This document shows, one piece after another, positions 55,074-61,198 of a DNA stretch of 64,000 nucleotides. Positions within the stretch are counted from its first letter, which is position 1; the number at the start of each line of letters is the position of its first letter. The notes below the pieces were generated by a model. The model had not been told where the DNA came from. It saw only the letters and a list, made by a program, of their open reading frames with translations, and made no database searches. Where the stretch lies: sequence record NC_047713.1. One strand, given 5' to 3'. Both the position numbers and the translations under genes were made by a program.

Positions 55074-55170
55074 TAACTGGTACACACCCCCTAGGCATCA
55101 CCCCCTCTATACCCTATAATATAGAGGTAGGGGGGGAAACCACTCTACACTCACTCTAAACTCTCTAAAC
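55061..55170 (+). promoter_or_regulatory. Early element copy 31 (degenerate, long leader)
   Basis: actggtaca; TAGGCA; TATAAT. Confidence 0.7.
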
Positions 55171-55539
55171 ATGAAAACGTTTCGTTACTCATCAACCGAT
55201 CTCAACCAGGGCATGGCTAACCTACTCATCAGCCTCGAGCATGGGGTGGCAGCTGATAGGGTACAGGTTAACCCTATCGAGGTGGGTACCCCAGTAGTTT
55301 CATACGTAACCGATACCACTCGCCGCGGTACTCACGTTATCGTAGGGTTCGCTCGTGGCACCACTACCGAGGCTAACCCGTGGGGCACCGAGGGGCTTAA
55401 AACCGTTTACCAGGTGGCATGGGTAGCTGAGGCAGTGAGGTTCATACCTGAGGCAGCTGTACCTATCGTGAGTACCACCCGGGCTAACGAAGAGATGGCA
55501 CAGGCTCTGATGGTAGCAGCCCTGGCACCCCGATACTGA
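55171..55539 (+). CDS. Hypothetical early protein
   Basis: 122 aa, GC-richer codons than the structural genes. Confidence 0.65.
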   Translation: MKTFRYSSTDLNQGMANLLISLEHGVAADRVQVNPIEVGTPVVSYVTDTTRRGTHVIVGFARGTTTEANPWGTEGLKTVYQVAWVAEAVRFIPEAAVPIVSTTRANEEMAQALMVAALAPRY

Positions 55540-55602
55540 TAACCGATATACAGGGGGGCTCTCAGTAGCCCCCTCTATACAACCCCCCTATACAGAACCC
55601 CG

Positions 55603-55764
55603 ATGAACAGCCAACAGCATCTCGACTCTCTTGTATCAGAACTAGCCCAGGGCGGTTGCCAAGAGATCGCAGTTATCAAGCTCCCTTCCCAAGCGAAGAG
55701 GAACCACAAGACCCTGTTCAGCCCACCCAACCGTAAAGGACCCCGGGCTAAGGTTTCAGCCTAA
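55603..55764 (+). CDS. Small hypothetical protein (53 aa)
   Basis: MNSQQHLDSLVSELAQGG... Confidence 0.5.
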   Translation: MNSQQHLDSLVSELAQGGCQEIAVIKLPSQAKRNHKTLFSPPNRKGPRAKVSA

Positions 55765-55802
55765 CTCCCCCATTCACTCAACCCCCCTACACTCTGAGAA
55801 CT

Positions 55803-55994
55803 ATGAACAACATCGATAACCTGGCAATGGACCGTTTGGATCAGTTGGCTTCCATGGTCAGCCAGCACATGGAGAACGGAAACGAATCACTCGCTGAACT
55901 CTGTGACCAGGAGGCACGGGACCTACTCAACGAACTGGAATCCGATGACTATACCTTCTGGACTATGCAAGACCTCAGCGGGCTGGAAGCCTAG
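55803..55994 (+). CDS. Hypothetical acidic protein
   Basis: 63-aa ORF. Confidence 0.6.
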   Translation: MNNIDNLAMDRLDQLASMVSQHMENGNESLAELCDQEARDLLNELESDDYTFWTMQDLSGLEA

Positions 55995-56449
55995 GGACAG
56001 GTTACCCAGGGGGACAGATCGACAGTCCCCCGAATCGACAGGTCCCCCGTCCGTTGAGCCGATACCCCCGGATCGCGATACCCCCCGAATTAAATAAGTA
56101 CCTAGAGCTAACCTACAAACCTTTACCCGACCGCTATAACTATCGAACTCATTTTATTTTTCCCAGGGTCACCGAGCCCCAGAGGTCGCCTATATTATTC
56201 CCTTCCCAGTTTCCCAGGGTTCCCAAAATTTCCCCAGGTAAAAAGATACCCCATAAGGTTACGCAGTAAACACGGAGTGTTTCTCTTCAAGTATCTCCCT
56301 GTCACTCTCACTCTCCCATTATAACATATAACACACTATATTACACACTGATACTCTGAGGTTCTAAACACAGAGATATGGTGTGGAACGTAGTGAAACT
56401 ATGGTAGAATGTAGAAGTTCTATATACACCAGTTGTTACCCCTATATGA

Positions 56450-56614
56450 ATGAAAAAGGAAAACACGTTTATCACTGAGTTACAAGAGAATGTCTCCACG
56501 GGAGATCTAATGGCTTCTATTCCTCCACAGGTCCTCTCAGAGATGGGATGGTATGAAGGTACAGAGGTCCGTTGGGTCGTCGATGGAAACGAGTTAGTTC
56601 TTATGGAGGCTTGA
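56450..56614 (+). CDS. AbrB/MazE/SpoVT-like DNA-binding protein (54 aa; absent from track)
   Basis: ...SIPPQVLSEMGWYEGTEVRWVVDGNELVL matches the swapped-hairpin pattern IP..i...lg...G..v.....g.l.l. Confidence 0.7.
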   Translation: MKKENTFITELQENVSTGDLMASIPPQVLSEMGWYEGTEVRWVVDGNELVLMEA

Positions 56615-56661
56615 TGTCTTCTGTAAGTTAGAAATCTTATGAAGTCTTAGAGACTAAAAAA

Positions 56662-56853
56662 ATGGCACAAAAAACATCCCTGTATCATATCTACGTCAAC
56701 AAAGAGCCCATCTATGTCAATCTAGATGAGGATGATTTTAAGCGAGAATATAGTTACCTGATGGGGTTTTTGGAGTTGACTAATCTAAAGAAAGATGCTA
56801 CAATAGAGTATGAGGAGTGTGAGACGATACTCGGTTTAGAGTCGTCTTACTAA
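56662..56853 (+). CDS. Hypothetical cyanophage protein
   Basis: YHIYVNKEPIYVNLDEDDF...ESSY. Confidence 0.65.
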   Translation: MAQKTSLYHIYVNKEPIYVNLDEDDFKREYSYLMGFLELTNLKKDATIEYEECETILGLESSY

Positions 56854-56892
56854 TCCTACATACTAGTATGAACACATTAATGGAGTATTGAA

Positions 56893-57660
56893 ATGGCAAA
56901 GGGTTTCACCGTGAAGGCGAAGACACCCCCTAAAGGAACCGAAGCTAAAAAGGCATCGGAATGGGATTATGATAAGGCTAAGGAGATTATGCGTGGTAAG
57001 AGCGTAGTATTCTGTCTCCCTGGTCGTGGCGTTAGTTATACGTATCTAAAGAACTTTGTTCAACTATGTTTTGACTTAGTTCAAATGGGAGCTTCGATTC
57101 AGATCTCTCAAGACTATAGTTCAATGGTTAACTTTGCACGTTGTAAGTGCTTAGGTGCCAACGTCCTACGGGGTCCTGATCAGATTCCATGGGATGGTCG
57201 CCTTAAGTACGATTACCAACTCTGGATTGATAGTGATATCGTATTCAACACTGAGAAGTTCCTACAACTTGTTCTAATGGACAAGGACATCGCTTCTGGT
57301 TGGTATTGTACTGAAGATGGACGTACCTCCTCTGTAGCCCACTGGTTAGAGGAAGATGACTTTGCCAAGAATGGTGGTGTCATGAACCATGAGAACCTAG
57401 AAACAATGGCTAAGCGTAAGAAGCCTTTCACGGTTGACTACACTGGCTTTGGTTGGGTCCTTATCAAGAATGGTGTCTTTGAGCACCCTGAGATGAAGTA
57501 TCCATGGTTCGCACCTAAGATGCAGATCTTTGAATCTGGTGATGTACAGGATATGTGTGGTGAAGACGTTAGCTTCTGTTTAGATGCTATCGAAGCTGGA
57601 TTTGAGATCTGGTGTGACCCTCGTATCCGTGTTGGACATGAGAAGTCACGAGTGATCTAA
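56893..57660 (+). CDS. Glycosyltransferase-like protein (GT-A/GT2-like)
   Basis: VVFCLPG, LWIDSD (DxD), YTGFGWVLIK, GEDVSFC, RVGHEK. Confidence 0.75.
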   Translation: MAKGFTVKAKTPPKGTEAKKASEWDYDKAKEIMRGKSVVFCLPGRGVSYTYLKNFVQLCFDLVQMGASIQISQDYSSMVNFARCKCLGANVLRGPDQIPWDGRLKYDYQLWIDSDIVFNTEKFLQLVLMDKDIASGWYCTEDGRTSSVAHWLEEDDFAKNGGVMNHENLETMAKRKKPFTVDYTGFGWVLIKNGVFEHPEMKYPWFAPKMQIFESGDVQDMCGEDVSFCLDAIEAGFEIWCDPRIRVGHEKSRVI

Positions 57661-57824
57661 TGGACCACTTGTATGATATAATCATAGAAGGTCAGGTTAT
57701 TCATAAAGGAGTATGTGAAGAGGAGTTTCTAGATCTTATGGAGATCTTCTCTTCCAACTATTATGAATGTGGGTTCCCCCATCCTGACACCATCTCTCAC
57801 ACAATGTATACTAAGGAGAACTAA
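57660..57824 (+). CDS. Small hypothetical protein (54 aa)
   Basis: TAATG-coupled; MDHLYDIIIEG... Confidence 0.6.
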   Translation: MDHLYDIIIEGQVIHKGVCEEEFLDLMEIFSSNYYECGFPHPDTISHTMYTKEN

Positions 57825-57955
57825 TGTACGGAAACACTAAGACTCAGGATGCGGCAAGACCTAAGAGAACCTCTCAAGGTCGTTCAGCAAACACTAAGAT
57901 GAGTGCTACCTCACGAAACTCTCGTAAGAAGCGTTACCGCGGACAAGGTAGATAA
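57824..57955 (+). CDS. Small basic protein (43 aa)
   Basis: ...RPKRTSQG...SRNSRKKRYRGQGR; AAGGAG RBS. Confidence 0.7.
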   Translation: MYGNTKTQDAARPKRTSQGRSANTKMSATSRNSRKKRYRGQGR

Positions 57956-57963
57956 GATATCTC

Positions 57964-57994
57964 GACCACCTCTAAATACTAGGGGTGGTTTTTT
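57964..57994 (+). terminator. Terminator hairpin containing a late-promoter motif
   Basis: ACCACCTCTA-AATAC-TAGGGGTGGT-T5; CTAAATA at 57972-57978. Confidence 0.65.
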
Positions 57995-58008
57995 AATGCT
58001 ATTTCTTT

Positions 58009-58617
58009 ATGGGAGTGTTGTATGAGTTTTTGAATATACATCCAGATGATATGTGGGTGTATAATAAACTACAACTTTGTCGTAAGTTGGAGTATATCTG
58101 TGGACCTCTAGGGGCACCAGTACCCTTTCCTGGTTGGTATATCCTCAAGCCTGCTATAACCTTCCTTGGTATGGGAAGAAACTCAAGAAAGATATGGTTA
58201 ACTCCTGAAGATAAGACAGAAAACTTTGGAATACCAGGTGAGTTTTGGTCTGAGTACTTTGAAGGGGAACATATTAGCGTAGACTATTACAAAAAGCATC
58301 AGATATTAACTGTCAAGGGTTACCCAGAGGATAAGAAACACATCTCTGAGTGTTCTAGATGGAGAAAGTGGCAGAAAGTTGATAGAGAAATACCATTTCC
58401 AGAAGTATTAGGGGATGTATGGAGAAACTATAGTACTATTAACATTGAATGCATTGGTGGAAATATGATTGAAGCCCATGTTAGGGGTAACCCTGACTTT
58501 GTTTGGGGTAATGAAGAAGCTATTCCAGTGTGGAAAGGTGATAGAATAGATCCACCGGATGGTTATACATATGTCAAGAGTCCAGATTACGAAAGAGTTG
58601 GGTTCTACATCAAGTAA
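58009..58617 (+). CDS. Hypothetical protein, possibly ATP-grasp-like
   Basis: YILKP...GMG; FWSEYFEGEHISVDY; NIECIGGNMIEAH. Confidence 0.5.
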   Translation: MGVLYEFLNIHPDDMWVYNKLQLCRKLEYICGPLGAPVPFPGWYILKPAITFLGMGRNSRKIWLTPEDKTENFGIPGEFWSEYFEGEHISVDYYKKHQILTVKGYPEDKKHISECSRWRKWQKVDREIPFPEVLGDVWRNYSTINIECIGGNMIEAHVRGNPDFVWGNEEAIPVWKGDRIDPPDGYTYVKSPDYERVGFYIK

Positions 58618-58684
58618 ATAAAGTATCAGGGGATAGAAACCCCCTTAAAAGTTCTATAACTGTTGTTTTTAGGACTATAGTACT

Positions 58685-58822
58685 ATGGGAAGACCAGTAG
58701 ATCGTTCAGAAGGAGTTCTGTTAGTCACCGATTATGGTGCTCTTGAGTGGGCATTGAAGAAAAAGAAGGAAATGTCTAAGAGATGTCCGTCATGTTCTTG
58801 TCAGACAAAGGCAACTTCCTGA
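58685..58822 (+). CDS. Small hypothetical protein (45 aa)
   Basis: MGRPVDRS...LVTDYG...; AGGA RBS. Confidence 0.5.
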   Translation: MGRPVDRSEGVLLVTDYGALEWALKKKKEMSKRCPSCSCQTKATS

Positions 58823-58829
58823 TAATACA

Positions 58830-58846
58830 CTAAATACAACTAAATA
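58830..58846 (+). promoter_or_regulatory. Tandem late-promoter motifs
   Basis: CTAAATA twice, 10 bp apart, before gp25. Confidence 0.65.
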
Positions 58847-58856
58847 CGCAACAATA

Positions 58857-59261
58857 ATGGCAGAAGTCACACGTATTTCTAGGGCATTTAAGGACATTAG
58901 TCTCTCGTTCAAACCTCATCCGGTTACGGGAGATATTTCTGTGCTCAAAAACGAGAGAGCGATCAACAAATCTGTACAGAATATCGTCGAAACCATTCCT
59001 GGTGAGAAGTTTTTCAATCCTAACTTTGGTTCTGACGTTAGATCAATGCTTTTTGAGTTAGTTGACTTTGGTAGTTCCGCATTAATTGAGGATCAGATCC
59101 TAACTTCCATTAATAACTACGAACCAAGAGTTAATAAAGTAAAAGTATCGGTAGATCCGAGACCTGATACTAATGAATTCGAGGTTACTGTTAATTATGA
59201 AATCATAGGACAACCATTTCCTTCCCAAACATTCACATTCATCTTAGAGGCAACTAGGTAA
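58857..59261 (+). CDS. gp25: Baseplate wedge subunit
   Basis: SRAFKDISLSF, NERAINKSVQNIV.T..GEKFFNPNFGS, NYEPRV. Confidence 0.93.
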   Translation: MAEVTRISRAFKDISLSFKPHPVTGDISVLKNERAINKSVQNIVETIPGEKFFNPNFGSDVRSMLFELVDFGSSALIEDQILTSINNYEPRVNKVKVSVDPRPDTNEFEVTVNYEIIGQPFPSQTFTFILEATR

Positions 59262-61186
59262 TGGCATTTACTAAGTTCACTAACCTAGATTACGACCAGA
59301 TTAAGGCGTCTATTAAGGATTATCTAAGAGCAAACTCAGATTTCACTGGGTTTGACTTTGATGGTTCTAACTTTTCTGTGCTAATTGATACTTTAGCATA
59401 CAACGCCTACATCAACTCAGTAAATGCCAACATGATTGTCAATGAATCCTTTTTGGATTCAGCAGTCGTTAGGAGAAACGTGGTTTCTCTTGCTGGAAAT
59501 ATCGGATATCTACCAAGATCAAAGAAAGCAGCACAAGCAAAGATTACACTTACTATTGCAACCGCCTCAGATACTCCTACGCTCACCCTGAAGGCGGGTT
59601 TGGTGTGTGTTGGGGCACAAGATAACACAAACTATGTGTTCTCCATTCCAGAGGATATTACGACACTAGTAAATGATGGGGTTGCTCAGTTTGGAACTAC
59701 TGAAGATCCCATTACTGTCTACCAAGGAACATATTTACAGAACTCCTTTACCTATGATGGGTCCTTAGATCAGAGATTCATCATTACCAACTCCAATATG
59801 GACTACAGTACCCTTGTGGTGCGTGTTAAAGATCAAAATGAACAGACTCCTGGTAAAGTCTGGAACAGAGTAGAGAATATTATCAAGATCAATAGGGATA
59901 GTGAGATATATTTCTTAGCAGAAGTTGAAAAGGAGTACTATGAACTCCTATTTGGTGATGGAATCTTTGGTAAGAAGCTAAAACAGGGACAACAACCTGT
60001 TGCAAGTTACATTTTGACTGATGGGTCATCAGGAAATGGACCTTCTAAGTTCAGTTATTCGGGTTCTGTGGTCAGTTCGAGTGGTGGAGTGATAATCCCT
60101 ACCAATACCATCGATATAACCACTGTAGAGAGTGCTAGGAATGGTGCAAATATTGAATCTGTTGACTCTGTAAGGTATTATGCACCCAAACTCTATGGTG
60201 CTCAGTATAGAAGTGTAACTGCTCGTGATTACGAGGGTATTATTAAGGAAATTTACCCAAATACGGAGTCTGTCTCTGTTGTTGGTGGTGAAGAACTCGA
60301 TCCACCCCAGTTTGGTAACGTTTTAATCAGTATCAAACCGGTAAATGGTACCGAAGTCTCTGATTTTGACAAAAAGAACATATTGGAGGGGTTGAAACAG
60401 TACACAATCGCTGGAATCAACCAACAACTAGTGGATCTTAAGATTCTATTCGTCGAATTGGACTCTTATGTCTATTATGATGTAACTAAAGTGGCATCTG
60501 CTGACTCTTTGAAGACAGAAGTCATTGGTTCACTCAATACTTACGCAAAATCAGTCGATCTTAACAAGTTTGGCGGTAGATTCAAGTATTCGAAGGCACA
60601 GAAGGTAATTGACGACACCAGTATCGCTGTTACCTCCAATATTACTCGTGTTGTTATCCGTAGAAACCTATCTGCAGCGATTGGGCAGTTTGCACAGTAT
60701 GAATTGTGCTTTGGTAACGGTTTTCACATCAAAGCATCAGGTGGAAACATCAAAACCACTGGTTTCCGCATTACTGGGTTGAATGATGTTGTATATTTAA
60801 CAGATACACCAAATAAAGATGCAAATGGAAATGTAGATAACTCAGGGAAGGGTAAGATTTCCGTAATTACTGGAATTGCCGATGATAATGGTAGTTTCCG
60901 ATATACTGTTGTTATTGATAAGGCAGGAACAGTGGATTATACAAAAGGAGAGATAATGTTGAACACTTTACAGATAAGTTCTACTGTTAAACCCAATAGA
61001 ATTGTTGAAGTACAGGCATACCCAACATCTAATGATATTATTGGTTTGAAGGACCTTTATGTGTCACTAGCTGTTCCTGATAGTGAGATAAATATGGTTA
61101 AGGATACTATTACCAGTGGTGAGCAAATCTCTGGTGTAGGATTCAAAGTAACCTCCAGTTACGGCAACGGCAAGTTAACACGGTAA
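59261..61186 (+). CDS. gp6: Baseplate wedge subunit
   Basis: LDYDQIKASIKDYL, FDFDGSNFSVLIDTLAYN, YELLFGDG.FGKKL, RSVTARDY. Confidence 0.93.
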   Translation: MAFTKFTNLDYDQIKASIKDYLRANSDFTGFDFDGSNFSVLIDTLAYNAYINSVNANMIVNESFLDSAVVRRNVVSLAGNIGYLPRSKKAAQAKITLTIATASDTPTLTLKAGLVCVGAQDNTNYVFSIPEDITTLVNDGVAQFGTTEDPITVYQGTYLQNSFTYDGSLDQRFIITNSNMDYSTLVVRVKDQNEQTPGKVWNRVENIIKINRDSEIYFLAEVEKEYYELLFGDGIFGKKLKQGQQPVASYILTDGSSGNGPSKFSYSGSVVSSSGGVIIPTNTIDITTVESARNGANIESVDSVRYYAPKLYGAQYRSVTARDYEGIIKEIYPNTESVSVVGGEELDPPQFGNVLISIKPVNGTEVSDFDKKNILEGLKQYTIAGINQQLVDLKILFVELDSYVYYDVTKVASADSLKTEVIGSLNTYAKSVDLNKFGGRFKYSKAQKVIDDTSIAVTSNITRVVIRRNLSAAIGQFAQYELCFGNGFHIKASGGNIKTTGFRITGLNDVVYLTDTPNKDANGNVDNSGKGKISVITGIADDNGSFRYTVVIDKAGTVDYTKGEIMLNTLQISSTVKPNRIVEVQAYPTSNDIIGLKDLYVSLAVPDSEINMVKDTITSGEQISGVGFKVTSSYGNGKLTR

Positions 61187-61198
61187 TAGGTATTAAAC

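Noticed and set aside
27567-55170. Repeated palindrome read as a CRISPR array
   Set aside because: Intervals are 200-3200 bp and contain genes; each repeat includes -10 and RBS motifs; no cas genes are present.
55903-56269. Pro/Arg-rich ORFs 55903-56097 and 56054-56269
   Set aside because: Composition reflects C-tract repeats; they overlap a better ORF and lack an RBS.
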